From: an uncultured delta proteobacterium
GTDB taxonomy: Bacteria; Desulfobacterota; BSN033; UBA1163
NCBI GenBank assembly: GCA_963827685.1
Contig: CAWHBU010000005.1
Span: 128,001-192,000 of the forward strand
DNA length: 64,000 bases
Direction: 5' to 3'
The translations under genes were made by a program, and so were the position numbers. The notes beneath the pieces are model-generated. The model worked only from the letters and a program-made list of their open reading frames with translations, made no database searches and was not told the origin of the DNA. This document shows positions 19,690-27,504 of the stretch, one piece after another (position 1 is the stretch's first letter; each line of letters starts with the position of its first letter).

Positions 19690-20621
19690 TGTTTCTCCTC
19701 TCTTTCGATCAATGAAACAAAAACATCTTCCAAGGAAGGTCTGATTCTTCCCATCCTTTTAAGAAGGATCCCATACTTCTGGAAGAGAGCGCTAATTTCT
19801 CGCTCCACCTCTACGCCTTCCTTACCGATCACATGGAGGCCGTCTCCGAATACGGCTGATTCCGCGGCCCAGGGCTCTTTCTTCAGGAGATCCAGGGCCG
19901 TAACGAGAGGATCGCATTCCACTTCGAATATTCCCTGTGAGAGAGCCCTCACTTTTAATTCGGAAGGAGTCCCCATGGCGGTGATCCTCCCCTGATAGAT
20001 CAGGGCCAGCCGGCCGCAATACTCCGCTTCATCCATGTAGTGGGTGGTCACAAAGGTGGTCACCCCTTTCTCTCCCATCTGCTGGATGAGACTCCAGAAA
20101 TTTCTTCGAGAGATCGGATCGACCCCTGAAGTAGGTTCATCCAAGAATAGGATGGTAGGCTCGTGGAGAATGGCGCACCCTAATGCGAGACGCTGTTTCG
20201 ACCCGACAGCGAGTGTTCGGGTGATTCGATCTCGGGAATCTTGAAGGTCAATCATCTCTAAGACCTCATTTTCTCTCCTTTTCTGCAATGAACCGGAGAG
20301 GCCGTAAATTCCTCCAAAAAAATGGAGATTTTCGACAACGGTTAAGTCATCGTAAAGTGAAAATTTTTGGGACATATACCCAATGGCCCGTTTGATCTTC
20401 TCCGGCTCCTTCATGATATCGAATCCAGCAACCTTCCCCTTCCCAGAAGTAGGCAGTAAGAGTCCGCAGAGCATTCGGATGGTCGTGGACTTGCCGGCAC
20501 CATTTGGACCCAGAAATCCGAAGATTTCTCCCTTCTCCACCTGAAAACGGATATGGTCTACTGCGATAAAGCTATCAAATCTTTTTACTAAGTCTTCTAC
20601 TTCGACAACAAAAGTTGGCAT
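19686..20621 (-). CDS. ABC exporter ATP-binding protein (YbhF-like)
   Basis: GPNGAGKST, GYMSQKFSLY, LDEPTSGVDP. Confidence 0.92.
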   Translation of the reverse strand: MPTFVVEVEDLVKRFDSFIAVDHIRFQVEKGEIFGFLGPNGAGKSTTIRMLCGLLLPTSGKGKVAGFDIMKEPEKIKRAIGYMSQKFSLYDDLTVVENLHFFGGIYGLSGSLQKRRENEVLEMIDLQDSRDRITRTLAVGSKQRLALGCAILHEPTILFLDEPTSGVDPISRRNFWSLIQQMGEKGVTTFVTTHYMDEAEYCGRLALIYQGRITAMGTPSELKVRALSQGIFEVECDPLVTALDLLKKEPWAAESAVFGDGLHVIGKEGVEVEREISALFQKYGILLKRMGRIRPSLEDVFVSLIEREEKQ

Positions 20622-20626
20622 AGTGC

Positions 20627-20715
20627 TGAGTTATGAGTTTAGAGTTTAGAGTTAAGAGTTTAGAGTTATAAATTAATCCATAATCCTCAATTCACAATTC
20701 TCAATTCATAACTCT
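20627..20715. repeat. Inverted pair of degenerate heptamer arrays (6+6 units)
   Basis: (T/A)GAGTT(A/T) x6 followed by (T/C)AA(T/C)(T/C)C(A/T) x6. Confidence 0.85.
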
Positions 20716-21644
20716 TAATTATTTCTCTTCCTTCCTTGGACAATGGAGACGAAGGCGTCCTCAAGTGAGGGTCGGACCACCAGCAGATCAAGAATTTTCA
20801 TTCCTTGTTCTTTTAGAATATCCCGAATCACTTTTTCGCCCTCCTGGGGATCATCCACGAGAATGTGGATCTTATCCCCGGATAAGACCAGGCTTCGAAT
20901 CAACTTGATGTCTTCAAGCAACTTCATCCCTTTCTGGCGGTTCTCCACCCGCAGTTCCAGGATCGTCCCCCCGATTCGGGCCTTCACAGCAGAAGGAGTA
21001 TCAGCAATGAGCAGGTCTCCCTGATAGATCAGACCAACACGGCTGCAGCGCTCGGCTTCATCCAGATAAGAAGTTGAGAAAAGGATGGTCACCCCCTCTT
21101 TCAACAGATCGTAGAGGATGATCCAGAAATCTCTCCGAGAAAGGGGATCAACCCCTGTGGTCGGTTCATCGAGAAAGAGGATTTGAGGCGTATGGATCAA
21201 AGCACAGATTAGACCCAGCTTCTGTTTCATGCCGCCGGAGAGGTCCTGAGCCTTTCTCTTCCCGAAGGGTTCAAGATTGGCAAATCGGAGGAGCCTTTCT
21301 ATCCGTTCCTTTCTCTTCTGCTTCGGAACTTGATAGAGATCTCCGTAGAAATGGATGTTTTCAAGAACGGTAAGATCCCCGTAGAGTCCAAACCGCTGGG
21401 GAAGATAACCGACCTTTTCTCTTAGAGCCTCTGCCTCTCTGAGGATATCATGCCCTGCCACCTTTGCCTCCCCTCCGTCAGGGGGAAGGATCCCGCACAG
21501 CATCCGGATAGTAGTCGTTTTCCCAGACGCATCCGGCCCCACCAGACCAAAGATCTCCCCTGTTTTCACTTCCAGGTTCAGGTCTTTGACAGCAGTCAAT
21601 GATTCAAAGGATTTGGACAGATGGGTGGTTTGAATGGAGAACAT
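20715..21644 (-). CDS. ABC exporter ATP-binding protein (YbhF-like)
   Basis: GPDASGKTT, LSGGMKQKL, LDEPTTGVDP; ATG at 21644. Confidence 0.92.
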   Translation of the reverse strand: MFSIQTTHLSKSFESLTAVKDLNLEVKTGEIFGLVGPDASGKTTTIRMLCGILPPDGGEAKVAGHDILREAEALREKVGYLPQRFGLYGDLTVLENIHFYGDLYQVPKQKRKERIERLLRFANLEPFGKRKAQDLSGGMKQKLGLICALIHTPQILFLDEPTTGVDPLSRRDFWIILYDLLKEGVTILFSTSYLDEAERCSRVGLIYQGDLLIADTPSAVKARIGGTILELRVENRQKGMKLLEDIKLIRSLVLSGDKIHILVDDPQEGEKVIRDILKEQGMKILDLLVVRPSLEDAFVSIVQGRKRNN

Positions 21645-21650
21645 AGGGGT

Positions 21651-21850
21651 AAGCTCCAAGGCTCAAGCACCTGCCTTCGCCGAAGCGCCTGCCCTCCGCA
21701 AGGCTTCTGGAGGCGGGGCTTCGCGCAGGCAGGCCAAATCACAAATAAATTCCAATATCCAAAATTCAAAATTTCAAACAAAATCGTTTTGGTATTTCGA
21801 AATTGTAATTTGGAACTTGTTTGGCATTTGGAATTTGTAATTTGGAATTT
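21651..21850. repeat. Inverted heptamer-like arrays interrupted by a two-layer palindromic mini-element (21670-21733)
   Basis: AAGCTCC AAGGCTC AAGCA[insert]CC AAATCAC...AATATCC AAAATTC / TTTGGAA...TTTGTAA TTTGGAA; insert has CCTGCC...GGCAGG termini. Confidence 0.8.
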
Positions 21851-21889
21851 AAGGATACAAGAACTGATTTCATGCAAGAGTTGGCATTA

Positions 21890-22891
21890 TCAATTTTTTG
21901 ATGGTAACGGTGCCAGATGGATCCGTCCGTCGGCTGGCATCCCGGGCTTGAGTTCATGATCCTTATTGGAAATATCCACCTTAATCCGGTAGACCAGGGT
22001 CACCCTCTCCTTTTCCGTCTGAATCTGTTTAGGTGTGAATTCGGCCTGGGAGGAGATGAAAGAAATTTTCCCTTTGTATTCCTTTTTCGGCCGAAGGTCA
22101 GTGGTCACAATCACCTCCTGGCCCCATTTCACCTGACTGAGGTCCGTCTCCGGGATATATGCCTTCAACCAAACATTTTCGATATCGGCCATGGTGAGAA
22201 TGGATGTCCCTGGATTGACGACCTCACCGATTTCTCCAGATTTCACCAGGACGACTCCGGATATGGGAGAATAGAGAGTGGTGTAGCTGAGCTGTGTCTC
22301 ATTCAGTTTCACAGAGGCCCGGCCTTGATCCACTTGAGCTCTCGCATCTTCAATATCCTCTTTCCTCGGCCCCTCCTTCACCAGAAGGTAGTTCTCCGTA
22401 GCCTTTTGAAAAGTGGCCTTGGCGATCTTAAATGCAGCCTCGGCATTGTCCGACGTCTCTTTAGGAACAACCCGCTTCTCGAAGAGGGACTTCATCCTTT
22501 CGTATTGGGTCTCCTTGTTCTCTAGATCGAACTTAGCCTGGTTGAGTTCGGCCTCCGCCTGTCTTATTTCTTCCGGTCTTGACCCCGCAAGCAGTTTGCT
22601 CAATCGAGCTTGCGCCGACATCAACGCGGCCCGTGCCACGTCAAGACGGTTGCGGAGATCTTCATCATCCAATTTGGCCAGAACTTTTCCTTGATCTGCC
22701 CAATCTCCCTCCTCAAAAGAACGACTGACAATCCTTCCAGAGACTTTAAACCCCACATCTACTTCTGTAGCCTCTATGTTTCCAGAAACCTTGATGAAAG
22801 TCCCCTCCGCCTCTTTTTCTCTTGTGAAGAAATAATAGAGAAGACCTCCTATAGCAACAGCCATGATAACAATCAGCAAGATCCGTTTCAT
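21890..22891 (-). CDS. HlyD-family periplasmic adaptor (YbhG-like)
   Basis: VSGNIEAT, G.R.EEI, AEFTPK.IQT..ER..LVY. Confidence 0.92.
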   Translation of the reverse strand: MKRILLIVIMAVAIGGLLYYFFTREKEAEGTFIKVSGNIEATEVDVGFKVSGRIVSRSFEEGDWADQGKVLAKLDDEDLRNRLDVARAALMSAQARLSKLLAGSRPEEIRQAEAELNQAKFDLENKETQYERMKSLFEKRVVPKETSDNAEAAFKIAKATFQKATENYLLVKEGPRKEDIEDARAQVDQGRASVKLNETQLSYTTLYSPISGVVLVKSGEIGEVVNPGTSILTMADIENVWLKAYIPETDLSQVKWGQEVIVTTDLRPKKEYKGKISFISSQAEFTPKQIQTEKERVTLVYRIKVDISNKDHELKPGMPADGRIHLAPLPSKN

Positions 22892-22967
22892 CTTCCAACC
22901 TATCCTAAGTCTTAAGGCACATCATTATAAATTCTATTATGATCACTGTCAAAACTTTTCCCCTCTT

Positions 22968-23170
22968 CCCTTCTCCCCCTGGGGGAGAGGGGAAGTCGCC
23001 GACGCGCCATAGCCTGCCTTTGCCAAAACGCTCTCGCCTGCCGGAGAAATTGCCTGCCTGCGCGAAGCCCCGCCTGCCAAAGCCTTGTGCGGCGGGCAGG
23101 CGCTTCGGCGAAGGCAGGTTCGGCGAGCAGGTCGTGCAGGCATGCTGCTCTGGCAACGGCGCGGGTGAGG
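22968..23170. repeat. Nested stack of six short palindromic elements
   Basis: Removing inner units one at a time restores intact outer units; the 23053-23118 unit is the reverse complement of the outer unit at 21670-21733. Confidence 0.75.
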
Positions 23171-23185
23171 CGTAAGAGAACCCTC

Positions 23186-24615
23186 TGTAATCCCAAAATG
23201 ATAATGTCCTAATTGACCAATTTAGAAATGTCCTCTTTTCGACATGCTAAGATGCCCTTTTTCAGAGGAGGGCATGATGGCAGGAGAGGACATGATCATG
23301 GTACGTCAGGGAGAGTTAAAGCGGTTACATGTCATCCAGAAGGTCCTGGAGAGGGTCATCAAGCGGGTAGAGGCAGCAGAGATTCTTTCCTTGAGTGGTA
23401 GGCAAATTCGGAGGATCGTGAAGCGGATCAGGAATGAAGGGAACAGGGGAGTCATACACAAATCGAGAGGGAGGCCATCAAACCGGAGGATACCCTATAA
23501 GATTAAGGACAGGGTGATCCGACTTTACCGGGCACAGTACAAGGGTTTTGGGCCGACCCTGGCCTCGGAGAAGCTTCTGGAAAGGGGTAGGATAGAGATC
23601 AGTGATGAGACCTTACGGAGGTGGCTCATCGAGGCGGGGGATTGGAAGAAGAGCCGCAAGAGAGGGAGGCATCGTCAGTGGAGGGAGCGGAAGCATCATT
23701 ACGGCGAGATGGTACAGATGGACGGGTCCCATCACGCTTGGTTTGAGGACAGAGGTGGCCCCTGTGTTCTGATGAGCTATATTGACGATGCTACCGGGGA
23801 AGCCTTTGGGAGGTTCTATGAGTATGAGGGGACGATCCCGGCGATGGATAGCTTCAAGCGTTATATCAAGAAAAACGGTTTACCGATGAAGGTGTATTTG
23901 GATAAGCATTCGACCTATAAGTCGACGGCCAAGCCAACGATCGAGGACGAGTTAAATGACGTGGGGCCGTTAAGTGAGTTTGAGAGGGCCTTAAAAGAGT
24001 TGGGGGTAGAGGTCAGTCATGCCCATTCGCCGCAGGCCAAGGGGCGGATTGAACGACTCTTTCGGACCCTTCAGGACAGGCTGGTCAAGGAGATGCGTTT
24101 AAGAGGGATCAGGACGATTGAGGAAGGCAATCAGTTCTTAGAGGAATATCTTCCTCTCTATAACAAGAGGTTCTCTGTTTGGCCCCAGGAGAAAGACGAT
24201 TTCCACAGGCCCTTACCTAAGGGGGTGGATCTGGATGCGATCTTATGCATTAAGACAGAGCGAGCACTGAGAAATGACTTTACGGTGGCTCATAACAGGA
24301 AGCTCTATCAGGTTGAGGATACGATCAAGGCCTCCAAGGTGATGGTTCAGGATCGAATCGACGGATCAATGGTCATGACCCATAAAGGTCGAGCTTTGAG
24401 ATTTAAAGAGATCACTGAGAGACCACTAAGAGAGAAGAAACAGCCGGCTATTGTGAGAAGGAGGAAGACTTACATTCCTCCGGCTGATCATCCTTGGAGG
24501 AAGTTCAAGATTAGGAAACATCCCTATAACAGAGAAAAACTCTTAGAATCTCAAATCTGAAGAATAGGACATTTCTATTTTGGTAAGAAGAGGACATTTC
24601 TATTTTGGCTTGACA
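23186..24615 (+). mobile_element. IS1202-family (formerly ISNCY) insertion sequence with 17-bp target duplication
   Basis: Ends TGTAATCCCAAAATGATAATGTCC / rc TGTCAAGCCAAAATAGAAATGTCC; internal repeated AATGTCC sites; GGCGTAAGAGAACCCTC at 23169-23185 and 24616-24632. Confidence 0.9.
23277..24560 (+). CDS. DDE transposase (rve/integrase core with N-terminal HTH)
   Basis: QMDGS, IDDAT, YLDKHS, PQAKGRIERLFRTLQDRL. Confidence 0.93.
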   Translation: MAGEDMIMVRQGELKRLHVIQKVLERVIKRVEAAEILSLSGRQIRRIVKRIRNEGNRGVIHKSRGRPSNRRIPYKIKDRVIRLYRAQYKGFGPTLASEKLLERGRIEISDETLRRWLIEAGDWKKSRKRGRHRQWRERKHHYGEMVQMDGSHHAWFEDRGGPCVLMSYIDDATGEAFGRFYEYEGTIPAMDSFKRYIKKNGLPMKVYLDKHSTYKSTAKPTIEDELNDVGPLSEFERALKELGVEVSHAHSPQAKGRIERLFRTLQDRLVKEMRLRGIRTIEEGNQFLEEYLPLYNKRFSVWPQEKDDFHRPLPKGVDLDAILCIKTERALRNDFTVAHNRKLYQVEDTIKASKVMVQDRIDGSMVMTHKGRALRFKEITERPLREKKQPAIVRRRKTYIPPADHPWRKFKIRKHPYNREKLLESQI

Positions 24616-24632
24616 GGCGTAAGAGAACCCTC

Positions 24633-24661
24633 TTGAATTTTCTTATAGTTACGAGTAAGAT
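24633..24661 (+). promoter_or_regulatory. Putative sigma70 promoter of rel
   Basis: TTGAAT-17 bp-TAAGAT. Confidence 0.55.
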
Positions 24662-24667
24662 GGGTTT

Positions 24668-24776
24668 GTGAAGCCCTCCGGCCAGAGGCCGGGGCTTCCC
24701 GGGAAAGGAATACTGTTTTGATTGTGCCCCTTGACCCCAACCTAGAAGGCGGGGCTTGCGGGGCACTTGCCGGCCA
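24668..24776. mobile_element. ~109-bp double-hairpin non-autonomous element resembling IS200/IS605 ends
   Basis: GAAGCCC.CCGGCC-AGA-GGCCGGGGCTTC and GTGCCCC..CCCC..GGGG..GGGGCAC hairpins; family assignment is inference. Confidence 0.55.
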
Positions 24777-24777
24777 A

Positions 24778-26949
24778 ATGTTAAGATTCAATGACATCCT
24801 TGAAAGACTAACCTCCTATCATCCCAATGCGGATATAGAACTCCTAAAGAAAGCCTATGTTTTCTCTGCCAAAGTTCATTTAGGGCAGGTCCGCCTCTCC
24901 GGAGAACCCTACCTGAATCATCCCTTGGAAGTCGCTGGAATCTTGACTCAACTGAAACTCGACGTCGCGAGCGTGGCAACCGGCCTGCTTCACGATACGG
25001 TGGAGGATACCCTAACCACCCCCAAGGAAATCCAGGAAAATTTCGGGGAAGAAATCGCTCAGTTGGTAGACGGCCTGACCAAGATCAGCCTGATCTCTCT
25101 ACGATCCTCTGAAGAACACCAGGCAGAAAATTTCCGCAAGATGATACTGGCAATGGTGAAGGACATTCGGGTCATCCTGATTAAACTGGCTGACCGCCTC
25201 CATAACATGCGAACTCTTAAATATCAATCTCCTGAAAAACAGGCGGAGATCGCTCAAGAAACCCTTGACATCTATGCTCCTCTGGCCGATCGTCTTGGAA
25301 TAGACTGGATCAAATCGGAGTTGGAAGATCTGGCTTTCCAATACCTCCATCCTGAAATCTACGACGAGATTCGACGCAAGATCGCGAAAAAGGAAAAGGA
25401 GAGAACCCGTTACATCGAAGAGGTGAAGCGTACCTTAATGAAGAAACTCTATGAAAACCATACCCAGGGCGAGGTGACCGGCCGATTAAAACAGATTTAC
25501 AGTATCTACTTGAAAATGAAAGAACAGAACATCGATTTTGATCAGGTCTATGACATTACCGCTTTCCGGGTCATCGTCAATTCCATTAAGGAATGCTATG
25601 ACGTGCTGGGTATCATCCACTCCATCTGGAAGCCCATTCCCGGGAAATTCAAGGATTACATCGGCCTTCCCAAAGAGAATATGTACCAATCCCTTCATAC
25701 CACCGTGATCGGACCCTATGGGGAGCGGATCGAAATCCAGATTCGAACACATGAAATGCATAAGATTGCCGAGGAAGGCATTGCCGCCCATTGGAAATAC
25801 AAAGGGGGAAAAGTGGTTGAAGAGGCGGAGGACAAACGTTTCACCTGGCTGAGACAGCTCTTAGAGTGGCAGCGAGATCTAAAGGATAATCGAGAATTCA
25901 TTGAAAGTGTCAAGGTGGATCTCTTCCCGAATGAAGTCTACATCTTCACCCCAAAAGGCGAGGTCAAACAGTTCCCCATTGGTTCAACCCCTATCGATTT
26001 TGCTTACAGCATCCACTCCGACATCGGGAATCATTGCGTGGGGGCGAAGGTGAACAGTAAGATCGTCCCTCTGAGATATGAACTGCGAAGCGGGGATACC
26101 ATCGAAATCCTCACCTCCCCCAATCAGAAACCGAGCAAGGATTGGCTTAAATTGGTCAAGACCTCACGGGCCAAAGCAAAAATTCGCCAATGGTTTACAG
26201 CAGAAGAGAGGGAAAAATCGATCACCCTTGGAAAAGAAATCCTGGAGAAAGAACTTCAAAAATATGACCTCCAGCAGGCCAAACTGATTAAATCAGGCGA
26301 TTTGGCCAAGGCAGCCAATGAATTCAGTTACCAGGGAGTCGAGGACCTCATCGCGGCAGTAGGTTACGGGAAGGTCACCGCCAATCAGATCATTGGGAAG
26401 ATCCTTCCCCAGGAAAAATTTGAACAACAGAAAGAAGAACTGCAAGAGGGACGCCTCAAGCACCTCCTCCAAAAAATCACTCGCGGACCCAAGGATGCCC
26501 TCCTGATCAAGGGGATTGATAATGTGATGGTGCGCTATGCCAGGTGTTGCAATCCCGTCCCCGGAGATAAAGTGGTGGGATTCATCACTCGAGGCAGAGG
26601 AGTAACCATCCATACTGCAGATTGCCAGAATGCGATGGATGACGATCCTCATCGCAAGGTCGAGGTGGAATGGGATTCAACGAAGGAATACAGTTATCCC
26701 GTACGAATCCGAATCCATTCTGAGGATAAAAAAGGACTGCTGGGTGAGATCAGCAACTCCATATCCTCCAACGGAGCCAACATCAAGAATGCCAGAGTGG
26801 ATACAACAGAGGATAAAAAAGCCGTCAGCAATTTCGAGGTGGAGATACGAGATTTAAACCACCTCAACAAGGTGATCAGAGCGCTCGGGAAGATTAAGGG
26901 GGTCCATCAGGTAGAAAGAATGAGGGTGGAGGCACCGGCCGAATCCTGA
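24778..26949 (+). CDS. rel: Bifunctional (p)ppGpp synthetase/hydrolase (RelA/SpoT)
   Basis: H.GQ.R.SGEPY..HP, LHDTVED, KLADRLHN, YQSLHT, TGS and ACT domains; start at ATG 24778. Confidence 0.96.
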   Translation: MLRFNDILERLTSYHPNADIELLKKAYVFSAKVHLGQVRLSGEPYLNHPLEVAGILTQLKLDVASVATGLLHDTVEDTLTTPKEIQENFGEEIAQLVDGLTKISLISLRSSEEHQAENFRKMILAMVKDIRVILIKLADRLHNMRTLKYQSPEKQAEIAQETLDIYAPLADRLGIDWIKSELEDLAFQYLHPEIYDEIRRKIAKKEKERTRYIEEVKRTLMKKLYENHTQGEVTGRLKQIYSIYLKMKEQNIDFDQVYDITAFRVIVNSIKECYDVLGIIHSIWKPIPGKFKDYIGLPKENMYQSLHTTVIGPYGERIEIQIRTHEMHKIAEEGIAAHWKYKGGKVVEEAEDKRFTWLRQLLEWQRDLKDNREFIESVKVDLFPNEVYIFTPKGEVKQFPIGSTPIDFAYSIHSDIGNHCVGAKVNSKIVPLRYELRSGDTIEILTSPNQKPSKDWLKLVKTSRAKAKIRQWFTAEEREKSITLGKEILEKELQKYDLQQAKLIKSGDLAKAANEFSYQGVEDLIAAVGYGKVTANQIIGKILPQEKFEQQKEELQEGRLKHLLQKITRGPKDALLIKGIDNVMVRYARCCNPVPGDKVVGFITRGRGVTIHTADCQNAMDDDPHRKVEVEWDSTKEYSYPVRIRIHSEDKKGLLGEISNSISSNGANIKNARVDTTEDKKAVSNFEVEIRDLNHLNKVIRALGKIKGVHQVERMRVEAPAES

Positions 26950-26955
26950 CGGATT

Positions 26956-27033
26956 GCATGACGCATAGCGCAAAGGGCAGAGCGCGAGAAGTCTTAACAC
27001 AATGCTCTCTGCTCTATGCTAATGAAACTATGC
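26956..27033. repeat. Inverted heptamer arrays between convergent rel and rpmB
   Basis: GCATGAC GCATAGC GCAAAGG GCAGAGC / ACAATGC TCTCTGC TCTATGC. Confidence 0.7.
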
Positions 27034-27219
27034 GGCTTTGGTAATCAATCCTGAGCGAAGGCATCGGGAACAGACCTTCATATGCACGGTTCTTCCCTCT
27101 TTCAGGGTCTTTACCTTGTGAAGGTTGGGGTGCCAAACTTTTCGGGTCTTGTTATTGGCATGGCTCACATTATGTCCAAAGACAGGCCCTTTCCCACAGA
27201 TGTCGCAGACTTTTGCCAT
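27028..27219 (-). CDS. rpmB: 50S ribosomal protein L28
   Basis: [10 protein letters not shown]...SHANNKT...PNL...CSRCLRS. Confidence 0.96.
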   Translation of the reverse strand: MAKVCDICGKGPVFGHNVSHANNKTRKVWHPNLHKVKTLKEGRTVHMKVCSRCLRSGLITKAA

Positions 27220-27504
27220 GATTACACCTCAAGATTAATTTAATACAAAATAACATCATCTACAAGAATTTTCAAGCCAAATATTCTCTAAGAAGTTTCT
27301 GGTGTTGATGCCGAGGGGGAAAAAATGGGGGTATAGGGAGGGAGATGCAGTTAAGGAGTTACAATCGAATGCAGGAAGGTTGGCGGGCCAGTGAAGGAGT
27401 GGTAAGTTGAATCCTCTATGGGCTCAGTTGCCACATGCCTGCCGTGGGCAGGAAGGTATAAAGAGTGTGCGGAGAAAGTACTGATTCTTTGGGCAACATG
27501 CTGG

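Noticed and set aside
21596-23196. Short ORFs at 21596-21959 and 22905-23196
   Set aside because: They are translations of the stop-poor palindromic elements, open on both strands, with no protein-like features
24610-24638. IS-generated hybrid promoter TTGACA-17-TTGAAT toward rel
   Set aside because: The -10 lacks the critical second-position A; TTGAAT fits better as the -35 of the native promoter
24718-24777. N-terminal extension of Rel in the ORF track
   Set aside because: It reads through the hairpin element; family-like sequence begins at ATG 24778
27299-27320. Possible tRNA-Leu 3'-end/att remnant (TGCCGAGGGGGA)
   Set aside because: Match is only ~12 bp, with no cloverleaf, partner site or integrase
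27434-27452. Minimal CCTGCC-GTG-GGCAGG palindrome
   Set aside because: Could be a decayed member of the mini-element family but is too short to call without a genome-wide count
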